This document shows, piece by piece, positions 1 through 11,996 of a DNA stretch of 64,000 nt. Below the pieces are notes generated by a model. The model searched no databases. It saw only the letters and a program-made list of their open reading frames with translations, and was not told the origin of the DNA. This DNA comes from Cladosporium halotolerans (taxonomy: Eukaryota): contig NW_027191480.1 in NCBI RefSeq assembly GCF_011745625.1, positions 186,001 through 250,000 on the forward strand, in the 5' to 3' direction. How positions within the stretch are numbered: position 1 is the first letter of the stretch; each line of letters begins with the position of its first letter. Both the position numbers and the translations under genes were made by a program.

Positions 1-631
1 GCGAGACTGAAGACAGATCGCTGGATCGCAGGTTTTCGCAGCGACCTGTGCATGTGGCCTAGCGCAGAGTGGTAGGAATCATGGTGCCCTGAATCGGTCC
101 CTCCGAAGTTCGAGGAGATGAGTTGGCTGGCCGTTGCGTGGACAGTACGGCCAAGAGCCTCCAGTTGACGAGTCTACAACGCATCCATGTCAGCGCTTGC
201 AAGATTCTATCCCACGAGGATACCTACGTTCACAAAGGACTCTTCCTCGTTGTCGAATGCTCTCTGAGGCCGAGATGTCCGTCGAGGAGACGTGCTCCGC
301 CCACGACGGTCTGACATGGCTGCTGAAGAGCGCAAGGCGTGTAGCTTACTGGCTCATACCGAGAATGCGTGCAGAAAGACTCTGAGCAACAGCAGTGAAG
401 CGTGACGACTGGGAGCTGCCTTGTTGATCGCGTGCACCGTCCACCTCGATCACAAGCCCAGCCGTTCCGCCGGCTGGACGCCAAACGTACGCCAAGCCGA
501 GCGTGAACGGTGCGGGAAACAGTCATGGCGCGCCTGAAAGTCAGATAGCAAATAACGTACAATCATTGATTCTATTACATTTGTTGATACGGTCGCAAGT
601 CAATCGCCAATTGTAGACCTTAGTCAGCACC

Positions 632-1435
632 ATGGACACTGCAATCGATATCAACGATGCCAGCAAGGCCCTGGATCTGGCACATATCCGCTTCCAATTG
701 ATCAGATTAGAGGATACTGTGCTCTTCCACATCATCGAGCGAGTGCAATTCCCGTACAATGGCACTATCTACAAGGCTGGAGCAATCGATATTCCTGGAT
801 CAGACCTCAGCTTCTCAGACTGGGTTCTGCGTGAGCAGGAAGTCATGCAATCTAAAATCCGCCGTTACCAGAGCCCTGACGAGTATCCCTTCTTCCCGGA
901 CGCTATGCAAACTCCAATTCTTAAGGAGCTGAAGTACCCTAAGATTCTTTGGCCGAATACCGTCAATGTAAACAGCGAATTGAAGCAGCGCTACATCAAC
1001 GACATTCTCCCCGCCGCCTGCGCCAAGTTTGGACGTGAAGAACGTTCTGACTCACAAGAAAACTACGGAAGTGCTGCGACCGCAGACGTCAACACTCTTC
1101 AAGCACTGAGTCGACGCATTCATTTTGGCAAATTTGTCGCCGAGTCAAAGTTCCAATCAAATCCCGAGAAATTCGTCGCTCTTATCAAAGCCAAGGACAC
1201 GCAAGGCATTGATGATGCCATCACAAATGCGGCTGTCGAGAAGCAGGTACTGGAGAGATTACGGCTGAAGGCCAACACCTATGGCCAAGATCCGAATTTT
1301 TGCAGTGAAGGTGGTGTGCCAAAGGTCGATGTTGATGCTGTGGTGGCAATGTACAAGGATCATGTCATCCCGCTTACGAAAGTGGTTGAGGTCGACTACT
1401 TGATGGAGAGGCTGAAGGGTACCCAATGGGAATGA
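632..1435 (+). CDS. ARO7: Chorismate mutase (eukaryotic AroQ type), intronless
   Basis: 267-aa ORF with hallmark motifs [38 protein letters not shown] and [13 protein letters not shown]. Confidence 0.97.
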   Translation: MDTAIDINDASKALDLAHIRFQLIRLEDTVLFHIIERVQFPYNGTIYKAGAIDIPGSDLSFSDWVLREQEVMQSKIRRYQSPDEYPFFPDAMQTPILKELKYPKILWPNTVNVNSELKQRYINDILPAACAKFGREERSDSQENYGSAATADVNTLQALSRRIHFGKFVAESKFQSNPEKFVALIKAKDTQGIDDAITNAAVEKQVLERLRLKANTYGQDPNFCSEGGVPKVDVDAVVAMYKDHVIPLTKVVEVDYLMERLKGTQWE

Positions 1436-1996
1436 GCATTTTGACCAAAAGATAGCTGTTGTTTTCACGTAAAAGGAGATTGAAAAGTTCATGCCGGAAT
1501 CTCCAAAGGCTACTTGTGGCGTTGTACTAGCTGTTGTGAGGATATCCAGGGTCGAAAGGGTCAGCGGTGGGCCATGAGTACTTGCCACGAGAATATCATG
1601 AAGGTAAACATATTTAACAAGAGCGTCTGTACGACACGGAACTCCATGAGTCTATTTCACACGAGCCCCCTAGACCTTGAGCACCAGACGACGTCTCTTG
1701 GCCTTACGGCCGGCCGCAGATTGTATTCTGTGACCAAGTTCAAAGGACAAATTTTCTCGGATCAAGCTCGAAAGACTCTGCCTTGAGGATGAGATAGTAT
1801 TTAGTGGCCTTGGGCAAGGCGTTGCTGCACGTTTCCCGCCACATGTCAATCAATTCGGTGAGCTCTTTGAGCGCGTGACAGCGTGAAGACGCTATTCCGA
1901 TTCGGGACGTCGCGCGCACGTCCACGCGCTCCTTCTGCCTCGGCGAGATCAACGACACGAGACACCACCACCAAATCAAAGGACCTGCAATGCACG

Positions 1997-4374
1997 ATGC
2001 CGCCCCCGATCCTGAACGACTCGGAAGACGAGGACGGCGACGTCTTGTACGATGATCCAAAGGAGAGCAACTCAATCAGTTCAAGTGGCGGCTCGGGGCT
2101 GGAGATCTCGAAATTAGATGGAACGCACGACACCATTGATCAAAGCACAGGTTCAACAGGTAATCAGCCTTGATGTATCGCTGGTATTCGCAGCTCCCAC
2201 CATTGACTTCTCATATAGATCGTCTCCGGCAGCAGATCGAAGACGTTCAGCGACACCTTTGTGGGGACTCGAGCGAGAATGCTCAACCAAATGACCAACA
2301 GACGGCTCACGCAGCATCAGACTCCACGAAGCTAGATCGAAACAAACGCAGAAACTCTATTGTCGGCAGACCAGGCCCTATTTCTGACCCTCCCCGAGCT
2401 GTGCACCGCAGCAAAACTCTGACGACTTATTCCACTAAAAAGCCCACCTCATCTACCGCGGAGCGCGACCATTTCATTGCTAGATTTGGCGAAGACGCCA
2501 TTGCTCCCGAAAGCTCTCGATCAATTCGATATTCTGATCACTCTGGTACGCGAAGTTCAAACGGCCTGCCAACTGGATCTATGCAGAACGAGTTCATAAA
2601 CCACGAGCCTGCTATGTTCAAGGAAAGTGGCAGCACAATTCCTGACAACGAGTCGTCTCACGAGCGGATGGTCGAACAAGCTCTTCGAAGTAAGCCATTG
2701 AAGGGCGTTAGCTCACCTGAAATCAAGCTTTTCGACCCGAACGAGATGCCAAAAAGCTCTTCCTTTCCTTGGTCCCCTTCAGAGCAAACGGAATCTGCTC
2801 GAAGTAATCGTGCCGGCGATACGAATGGTCAGAAGGTATCGGCCGGAGTTGAAGTAGAAACTGGTAGCCAGGCCGCTATTAATCAGGGCAATATCGCCCA
2901 CCAGCAGAACGACACTGTCCCGGCTGGCGTTCCTCATCAAGAACAAGCTCCCGAGGAATCAGATCCGCGTCACGAAGTTGGCAGTGTGCATCGATCTAGC
3001 CCGACCGTCGAGGTCAACGCGGTCGAGGCTGAAGCACGAGCTTTTGCGGAGCCGGATGCAGTGCCTGCGAGCACGACGCAGAAGGCAGGTCGTGGGTGCA
3101 AACGCAAAGTTCAAAATGAGTCGAGCGAGCCTCTGAACTCGGACGACATCGCAGTTGGCCTGCCAAAGGAACGTTACAAGCCGAGGCCAAGCAAACGACG
3201 GGCAACTCACAATGTGGACGAAGCTATCGATTACTCCGTGGTTGTAGAGAAGGCAGCGAAGAAAAAGCGCACAAGGACGACAGGAGGCAGCTTTACTTCG
3301 GTCGAAGACCCGTTGCAAGGACCGACGACGCAGCGTTCATCTAAGCCAGAGGACGACCAGGAAACGATCACTGTGAAGGCTGCTGCGGCGCACGTCGTGC
3401 CGGCTGGTGAAGGGAAACCAGAGACCACTCAGACTCTCCAACAAGATGCTGACCCGCCAAAACCCTCTCCAATCGTCGAAGTGCCTGCAACTAAATCCGA
3501 GCAAACGCAAATCCCGAGCAAAGCAACCGGCCAGCCGTCTCAGAACGCCATAGCTGATGAAACCACCTTCGTAAAGCCCGCAGGCAAACTGAGAAAACCA
3601 ATCTCAAAGTCCAAGCGCAGCTCCACGACCATCTTCGAAGATCACGTAGACTTCACAGGCAAGCAACGATCACCGAGTCTCAGCCAACAGCAAGCTATGA
3701 GACAGACCGCTCTCAGGGACGTCAAGAACGAAGTGTCTCCAGCGCAAGCTCGCCGTGGACGTAAAACAATAATAGCCGACGAAGACGACGAGGACGAGTT
3801 GGCGCTGGATTCCGAACACAACAGCGAGCAGGCAGAGGCTCCGCCTAAGAAGCGAGGCCGAGGGCGGCCGCGCAAAGACACCTCGAAGACCGAAGCACAG
3901 ACTGAAGACTCCACTCTTTTCAAGACTGAACCGGAGACCAAAGACGAACCCAACGAGCCCACCATCGAACCCCCCTCCAAAAAGCGCAGAGGCCGGCCTC
4001 CAAAATCCGCACCTCCAGCTCCGGCACCCAACACATACACCAACGACACCGCCGAGCCCTCGACCTCCCATCCCGAACCACAGCAAGAAGAAGCCGACAC
4101 CTCCACGAAACACTCACCCGACGTCCCAGCAACCGAAGACCCTCGCAAACCCCCCACCATTCCAACTCCGTCTCCCGAAAAACAACTCCCAGCTCCATCA
4201 ACAAAGAACACGCCCGCGCCTCCCTCCCCCACCAAGCCGCCCAAACCCAGCCCGCCGACTCACTCGCCCATCAAGCGCGCCTCGCCGGCGCCGTACAGAG
4301 TCGGACTGAGCAGGAAGCGGCAGATCCCGTCGCTGCTGAAAGTTGTGAATCCCAGGCCGCCGAGGAACAACTAG
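1997..4374 (+). CDS. Low-complexity nuclear AT-hook protein (2 exons: 1997-2159, 2219-4374)
   Basis: ATG at 1997. Intron 2160-2218 (GTAATC...ATTGAC...TAG) joins two ORFs in frame. AT-hooks KRGRGRPRK and KRRGRPPK, motif GLPKERYKPRPSKRR, and a C-terminal YRVGLSRKRQIPSLLK. Confidence 0.85.
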
Positions 4375-4745
4375 GAGAGGTGGAGAGGATGAAGGAAGGG
4401 TGGCGGATGGGGAAAGAGATATGGAAGTGCACCGACGATGGATGGCTGAAACGAAACATGACATGATATGATACCCCCGAACGCTCTCTGTTGCTGTATG
4501 CAGATATGTAATTTCTCTAGACTCGCTACCTCCTGCGGGAAGAATGCTAGGTAGCTATGATCGATCGCTTGCTTGCTTGTTGAAGTAACAAATGCTTTGC
4601 CCGGCCGTTAAGATGTAATTGGTGACGAAAAGTTCCACGCTTGCTTGCCTCCGGTTGCTGTTTTCTCACGAGTACACATGCAAAGTAGGAAAAAAAACCA
4701 TAGAATCAAGACGGTAAAAACCGAACGCTTCCACCGATCAACTAA

Positions 4746-7700
4746 CTAAACATGCCCATCCGCCCCGGCACCATTGACCACAACCGCCGGCGCCGGCACC
4801 GCCGCAGCCCCAGCACTCTGCTGCGCGCGCACGGCCTCCGCGTCCGTCAGCCCCTTGCGGACCTTCAGCACGCTGTCGACGATGACGGCGTCGATGCCCT
4901 CCTGCGCCTGCAGCTGGGAGTTGTGGATGTCGTTGTTCAGCATGCCGTACGAGACGCAGACGAGGCCGCTCTCCTTGACGACGCGGATCAGGCGCGGACA
5001 CAGCACGAGCGGGTCAGCGGCGGCGACGATGCCGAGGAGTTTCCAGCGGGAGGCGAAGCGCACGGCTTCCTGGACGGACGAGGCGCGGATGTCGCCGACC
5101 TCGGACGCGCCGGCGTCGGTGAGGAAGAGGACGGGGATGGAGGGCTGCTTGAAGGACAGCAGGAGGCAGACGTCCGGGTTGAAGGACGAGAAGATGATGT
5201 TGCGCTTGGCGCCGAGGTCGTAGACGAGGCGCAGGATGGTGTCGACGTAGGTGTTGAGCTCGACGGCGTAGTGGTCCATGCCCTCGGCCTCGGTCTCGAA
5301 GAGCATGGGGTACTTCATCTCGATGTTGAAGCCGACGTCCTGCGGGATCTTGCGGAACATTTCCTCCAGGGTGGCGAAGGGCGACTGGATGAACTCGCCG
5401 CGCACGTTGCCTTTGAAGCCCTTGGTCTTGAAGTCGCGCGTGTGCTTCATGCGCTCGCGCATGTCGGTGCGGCGGGCTGCGTCGGCGCCGCCGCCGAGCG
5501 AGTAGGAGCGGTTGGAGCGGAACTGGGGCCGCTTTTCGTCGCCGCTGCTGCTATTGCCATCGCTGTTTTTGTCGGTCCCTGGCGTTGGGGCGCGGGAAGC
5601 GCGGGGGGTGCCTTCGTTGTTGACGTGCAGGAATTGCTCGAGCGTAAGGCTGTGCACTGGGACGTCGGCGCCCGTCTCGCTGACGAGGAAGTCGTGGTAG
5701 ATGACGGGGATGTGATCTTTTGTGAGTTGGACGTCGAACTCGACGTACGAGGCTCCCAGATTAGCTGCGGTGATGAACGATTGAATTGTATTCTCGCCAA
5801 GCTGGAGTGATGTCTTGGAAGCCATGTTCTTGCCGAGTCCACGGTGTCCGATGACCATGGTGGACGTGCTCCTCCAATATGTCTGATCTTCGGAGATAGC
5901 CATGTTGGGGTGCTTGAAAGGTGTGATGACCAGGAAGTTGAAGTTGATCGACCCAATCAAATCAAGCGTATCAGCAGCCACGATTGGGACGCTGAGGTCA
6001 CCCTGCAAGAGCGTGCGGTTAGACCCTACCGTCTGCTTGATCGACGAGAGTAGCGCAACACCACGGCCGATGACCTTGTTGGTAGCTCCGGAATATGTTG
6101 GGACAAGATCAAAGTATAGCTTGACCTTGGAGGGATCCTTGGTGCTGAAGCTCACCGGCGAGGTGCTAATGTTCTCCTGGATGGGAAGGTCGATGACGGA
6201 CGGTTCACCTGTAGCACCTTGGGCGGAGACGACGACTGACAAGGCAGTGTCGAGCTGCGTGGCGTGAACATCTGCGAGCGCAATGCTCTCGAGACTTACA
6301 GGCGGAAGATGCTTGCGGGTATCCATAGATCCAAGACTGACGAGTACCATGGCCTCATCTTTGAGGTAACGATGACCGAACTCTTTCAGAGGCTCCGGCA
6401 CCCGTGAAGTGTTATTCACCTCCTTTGACACACCATTCGATCGGCGATCTTCCAGAGGAGTCGCATCTGCTGGTTGCTGAGGCTTGGTGGAAGCCTCTGG
6501 TCCGTCGTGAACTTTAGGCGCCGGGGTAATTTCAGCCAGTCTCCTAGCGATATCAAGGTGACCTCTGAGGGCAGCGTGTTCCTGTGGAGTCCAGCCAGAT
6601 GCGTCAGGCTTGCTTGGGTTTGCTCCTGCAGCGATGAGAAGCTCAACGATCGGCAGGTGACCGTCGACACATGCTATGAACAGCGGCGTCCAGCCGAAAG
6701 TCTTCTCCGCAATCTCGAAGTTGACGCCAGGCGCCTTGAGGAGGATGTCGGCGCACTCAGTGAAGCCGAAACGTGCAGCCACATGGAGCGCCGTCTCATT
6801 TTGCTGATCACAGTAGTTGACATCGACGCCTGCTTCCACAAGAAGCTGGATAATCTGGTGGTATCGGCGGTGAGTTGCCAGCTCTAGCGATGCACCGCTC
6901 TTCTCTACCAGCTTGCGAGCCTTGACGATTTCCTCGCTGTGTCCGAACTCATCTTCAGCGAGCAAGAGAGCCTTGGTCGTCCTGTAGTGGCCACCGATGA
7001 CAGCAAGATGCAGCGGCGCGTAGCCTTCAAGATCCTGCCAGCCGGCAGAGTCAATGCCTCCGGAGACATCAAACATCTGCCAGCTCTGCATGTGCTTCAT
7101 CAACTCTTGAGTAGCAGCAACCAAACCGTACTGCGCAGCATAGTGGAGCGGAATGCGACCATATACATCCTTCGCGATCATGGCAGGCCGTTGCTGCGGA
7201 GAAAGGTGATTCAATAGGAAGACCAAGACTTTGATGGCGGGATCGTCTTTGCCCATTGTTGTTGCCGGGTCGCGTTCGATGACTTGGAAGGTATCCGGTC
7301 CACTGGTCGGCGCCTCGGCAGCGTTGATATACACTGGCGGTCTGGTTGCGTCGGTGAGTGGGTTGGTGGCTTGCGAATCCTCCATAGCCCTTGAGCGTCC
7401 AATAGCGATCAACAGACGGTGCAAGCAGTTGCGCTTGTTGATCTCGTCGTCCTGATCGATGGAAGGCAGCTGCTTCAACAGCGCTTCGATGCACTTCCAG
7501 GCCTTGAAGGAGATCGATCGTTGTAAGAGGTCCAAAAGGAACTTTCTGTGGGCAGTGGGCGTCGCGTTCGCCAACGCTGACTGAATCAACTCTGACATGC
7601 TAAGGGTATCGTCACCACGAATGGCGACCTCCAAGTTCTCAATCGTCGCCGGAGGAATCTTAAGCGCATTTCGAGACGCGACCCTATGCAGTGAACCCGA

Positions 7701-8319
7701 AGCGCCAGAATGCACCGAGCTGGCATCGTCCTTCGGCCTCGCCTCGTTAAGAGCGGACAGCCAGTCGTTGATCGCGCGCATGTCCAGCGTCAACTTGTTG
7801 TTGGTAGCGAAGGGCTTGGGGTCGACTTTGGTCGCAAGATACCGACTCTGCGCCGACGAAGATTCTATCTTCTTGTCCAGCTTCTTCGTGATCTTGACGA
7901 ACCCGCGTCGGTTGACCTCGCCGTACCATTGCAGCTTGCGGTATTGTCCCCTCAACTCCAGCAGCGTGCCCATGAGGTCTTGCATCTCGTCCTTGTCCAT
8001 CGCCTCCGGCAGCTTCGACGACATGCCATAGCGCTCGTAGAGCAGGCGGAGGCGGCGCGAGAACTCGGAGTACTTGCGGTTGTAGAAGGTGTCCACGTCT
8101 TCGAGCTGGCGGTCAAGGGTGAAGAAGAAGCCTGCAGGGTGGTTAGGCCTTCCGTGCCAATGGTGGTGCCAGTCTCACCATACTGGCCAAGTCCGCGTCC
8201 TCGCCAGCGCGCGTCTCGTTCTTCGCCGACTTGATGATCTTCTTCAACGCCTTGTAGTCGATATACGACGATGCCCACTCGGGGACTTGATTGTGCGGAA
8301 GGTTCTGACCGAACTTCAT
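4746..8319 (-). CDS. GDE1: Glycerophosphodiester phosphodiesterase, SPX + ankyrin repeats + GDPD (2 exons; intron 8132-8183)
   Basis: Exon 1 reads MKFGQNLPHNQVPEWASSYIDYKALKK (SPX start). Intron GTATGG...CTAAC...CAG restores the frame into FFFTLDRQLEDVDTFY. Ankyrin repeats (PLHYAA, PLHLAV, ALHVAA). GDPD motifs VIGHRG, ENT, VEFDVQLTKD, NIEMKYP. Confidence 0.96.
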
Positions 8320-9298
8320 GTCGAAGAGTCCGAGACCAGGGAGGAGAAGAAGGATAACAAGTGATCAAGCAGAGGAGCGCAAGACGAGCAAGTGTACACG
8401 AGAGCGCGGCGCGCGACAGCAGGTGTGAAGCATTCACCGACGAAGCGACAAGCAATCAATCTAGATGCGCGATCGCGCTCCTGAGACGGCGCGCGAGATC
8501 TTCCAGGCGGTCGTCAATGCTGCCATTGATCGGAGGGCGTGTGAGGTCGGCTGGGGTGCCTGAGCCGGCGACTTGTGGTGGAATGGGCGGTGGTGGTTGG
8601 CCGCAGGAAGGCTCTGTGCCAGACGTGCTGCCATGAGCTCATCTCATAGGCCCCAGGCCCGCCCGCCAGCTGCCACCTGCTCTCAGGGTCTGGCTCTGTC
8701 GGTTTGTCGGATCTGTCTCCCTATCTTGGCTGCGCAGCGTCTCACCCGGCACACCATCGTGTGCGCGAGATGCAGTGCGCCGGCCATTGCATTGTTTGCT
8801 ATTGTCTGGAGAGAAAAAGCGACAGCCTTGTGAGATGTAACTAGGCTCGCCAATCCCTGCGGCCTGACTGGGCGCCTTGGGCTGCGTGGATGCCTCGCAC
8901 CACCTCGCCAGCCGCCTTGCCGGATCGTCAAAGGCCGACGGATCTAAGGCGTTCCTGGTGTTGATCGCCATGAACCACCGGTTTGACGTGTCTTCACGCG
9001 AGGATCACCTGTGCTTACGAGACATTTGGGCAACTTCATCATGACTTTGCATGCTTGCAATGGTGCAGGAAGGGTACCTTTCCGGTTCAGCCAATGTTGC
9101 ACAGCATTAAAATGTTTGTCGAGGACTAATGTGTACACAGTTCTGTTACATGTGACGGATGGCAACAGGTACACAGAACAAGCAACTTGTTTATCATAGC
9201 TTGATTCATGTCCCTTGACATTCGTACGTCTTTCTGACATGATGTATACCCAAGTAGCAAGGTTCTGCCGAAGACGCCCTTTCATCAAAAAGCATTCC

Positions 9299-9744
9299 CA
9301 CGTGCCTGCAATCGGCTCGCAAGAACATAGGTAGATTGATGGGCATGCCCTGACGCTGTACGAGTGGTATGGAATGCCCAAGTTCCAGATCTACTATTAA
9401 TGCGTGTCCTTCTCGTTGGGCATCTTTATACAAGTCATCAGCGATTCCTTCCACAAACCTTTATACGCACAACAACCAAACCACACGTGCCTCAAACACA
9501 AACCCTACCTGCCACCAAACCTACCTGCACTCACACACCGCGCCATATAATCCCATACTCCCACTTCCCCAAACATACCAAGACTGCCTATATCACAACC
9601 CCTCTAAATCCCTCAAACACTCGCCCTTCGCTTCCCTCAAACGCAGCCCCAAACGCCCCTCCCGCCCGCAGCATCGACGCCACACCACCCGCGCGCCTCA
9701 AAGCAAGCCCCACAATCCACGCACACCACACGCGCCCACGTGCC
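9299..9744. promoter_or_regulatory. Three CACGTGCC E-boxes upstream of GDE1 (candidate Pho4/NUC-1 sites)
   Basis: CACGTG(CC) at 9299, 9484 and 9737, about 1-1.4 kb 5' of the GDE1 start. Yeast GDE1 is a PHO-regulon gene. Confidence 0.4.
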
Positions 9745-10098
9745 GCCCACGCGACGAGCAGAAGCGCCTAGAAAAAAGCCAAAAAGAAACTAAGAATGAG
9801 GTAGGAAATCATGGAAAATCCGAAAGTCATCACAGAGCGGCCTAAAGCAGTCCAGCCGTGGCCACTTACAATTCCACGGCCAAACCCAACCCGTCCTGCG
9901 CCAGAAGCCAGAGCATAAGGTATCAGAACCCGGCCCTGCGTAACCCCCTCCCGTCCCCTCCCCTGCGCTGCACTCCCGCAAGCGAGTCCGTCGGGGAAGT
10001 CAGAAGATTGCTCCGTGCGATGCGCGGCGTGGATTGTTGGAGCTCTCCCTGGGGAGCTAATTAAGCGAGGGTCGCGGCGCGTGCGCGGCGAGGCGGCA

Positions 10099-10130
10099 CA
10101 GGGCAGGGCAGGGCAGGGCAGGGCAGGGCA
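10099..10130. repeat. (CAGGG)n pentanucleotide microsatellite, ~6 copies
   Basis: Direct reading: cagggcagggcagggcagggcagggcagggca. Confidence 0.9.
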
Positions 10131-10819
10131 AGCAGGGTGAGGTAAGGTGATGGTGCTGCTGCTGACATGTGCAGGCGACTGCGGCTGCGGCGCTTAGCTG
10201 GAAATTGAGGGGTGGTTGGCTTGGCGGGCGAGAGTATTGGAGGAAGGGTGAGGATGGTGGATTGGTTGTTGGAGGGAGATGGGAGTGTGTTTGGAGGTTT
10301 GTAAGGTGTTGATTTGGGTTGAGAAGGGTGGAAGGTCCGCCTCTGACTACTACGTATCAGATCCATCGTACAGCGTCCAGCCCTCTCTCTCTCTACTGTC
10401 TCCGATAGATCGCGCAACAAAAACACATTACACGCTGCAAAAGTGGGAGAACACGCGCTGCTGCCCAGCGCCTCTCCGGCGCGGAGACCGTCCTCGAACA
10501 AATTGAAAATATCCATAAACCTCCACATTTCTCCTCCACCTCAAAAGTCGCAAATGTGCGCCAGTGCACCGTGTCCCGCCAGAATCGTAAAACGTCGTAG
10601 GTGTGCTGAAAGATAAGGTGAATCGAATCGGAAGCGGAAACAGCCAAGACTGACAAAAACGAAGAAGTCCGGCGTCTTTCAATGCTCCGTAGCAAGGGTA
10701 TCAGAGCCGCAGTGGACTCGGTGGTATCATCGAGAAAAAGCAAGGGTGGGCGGCAAAATGCCAGTACAGAAGTTCACGTGTCGGATCGCTTGGGACTTCA
10801 CGTGGAGGTGCAGCAGGTG

Positions 10820-11996
10820 TTATACTGCGACGAGCGAGGGGGACTGGTGTCCGCCGCCGAGTCTCGTCTGGACCGAGCGCAGGATGTCGGGGTCGAGGGA
10901 GCGTTTGTCTTTCTTGGCGCTGGGAGACCGTTAGTAGATGCTTTGTGACACATGTGAATGGGAATACGTACGGATTCCTGATGCAGTCGCCGCACTTTTG
11001 ATGCTGACAGTTCGAGCATCGGTCTCTGGTGGTGAAGAGGGAGTTGCATCTGTCGCAGGTCCAACGTATCCTTTGGCGTGGCTGCTTGTAGACACGCTGT
11101 ATTGTTGGCGTAGAATCATCTACTTGACGGTCCTTTGCTCTCCTGGGATCGAGATGGTACAACTCTACGCCACCAACACCGCCGAGCGACGCGGAGCGGA
11201 TGGTGTAGATGAACCTGAGCGGCTGGACCTCGCCCACAGTCTTTTCCGTGCCGTGCGAAAGGGTTTCAGATCGGTCGTCGGGCAGGTTGTTCAGGGGAAG
11301 CTTCTCCGTCGTTACGGTTGTGAAAGGTCCAGGCACTGCGTCGTCTTCGGGCGATGCACTCGCGGCTCGCTCAAGGAGCTCGGCAGCCTCCTTCTCCCTC
11401 TTAGTCTTCTCCAATAGGCGCAGGACACGAGGCGGTGGCGAACGAAGACAGTCTCCGCATCTAGCATGGCCGCACGAACTGCACACCTTTTCCCGGGCGA
11501 AGGCAGTTTTGCACTCATGGCAAGTCCACCGTAGTTTGATCCGGACGGGCCTTTCTATTCGCCTGATTTTACTTGCTGGTTCCTGTTCTGCATTTCGGGC
11601 GCCGTTGTATTTCAGGCCGTACTTCTCGAATAGCAGTTTGGCTTTCTCCTCTGAAAGTCCGACACGCACGGAGCCAGCGTCCACGGGGATGATGGGCTCC
11701 TCGGTGTCTTCGAAGTCGTCCACGGCATTCTCCTCCACCTCCAGGGCATTCCCTAGCGACACCGTGGGCTCTCCAGGTGGGGCGGCGTGTGCTGGAGCGA
11801 CGCCGGCATGCTCGACAGCAGGTCCAGATGCATTTTGCTGTGTAGTGTTTTCGCGAGATCCGCTGGCGGTCTCCGTCCTGTTGGAACCTCTCCGGGAGAA
11901 GACGTTCATAAACCTGTCGAAGGCGCGGCCAAGGCTGCTGTTCCGCCTGGCAGCCGTCTGCTGCTGCGACGAGTCGTCCTGCGCTCCCGACGACAT
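10820..11996 (-). CDS. Hypothetical protein with two Cys/His-rich zinc-binding-like repeats (2 exons; intron 10920-10971)
   Basis: Start MSSGAQDD. Repeats RWTCHECKTAFAREKVCSSCGHARCGDCLRSP and RWTCDRCNSLFTTRDRCSNCQHQKCGDCIRNP. Intron GTACGT...ACTAAC...CAG leads to AKKDKRSLDPDILRSVQTRLG...VAV-stop. Confidence 0.85.

Noticed and set aside
1..562. Short ORFs at the window start
   Set aside because: No recognisable product or consistent exon structure; cannot be judged without upstream sequence.
4752..5810. 352-aa + strand ORF, and similar ones at 26593-27696, 41387-42283 and 44907-46076
   Set aside because: These are antisense shadows of high-GC3 genes on the opposite strand, with no recognisable domains.
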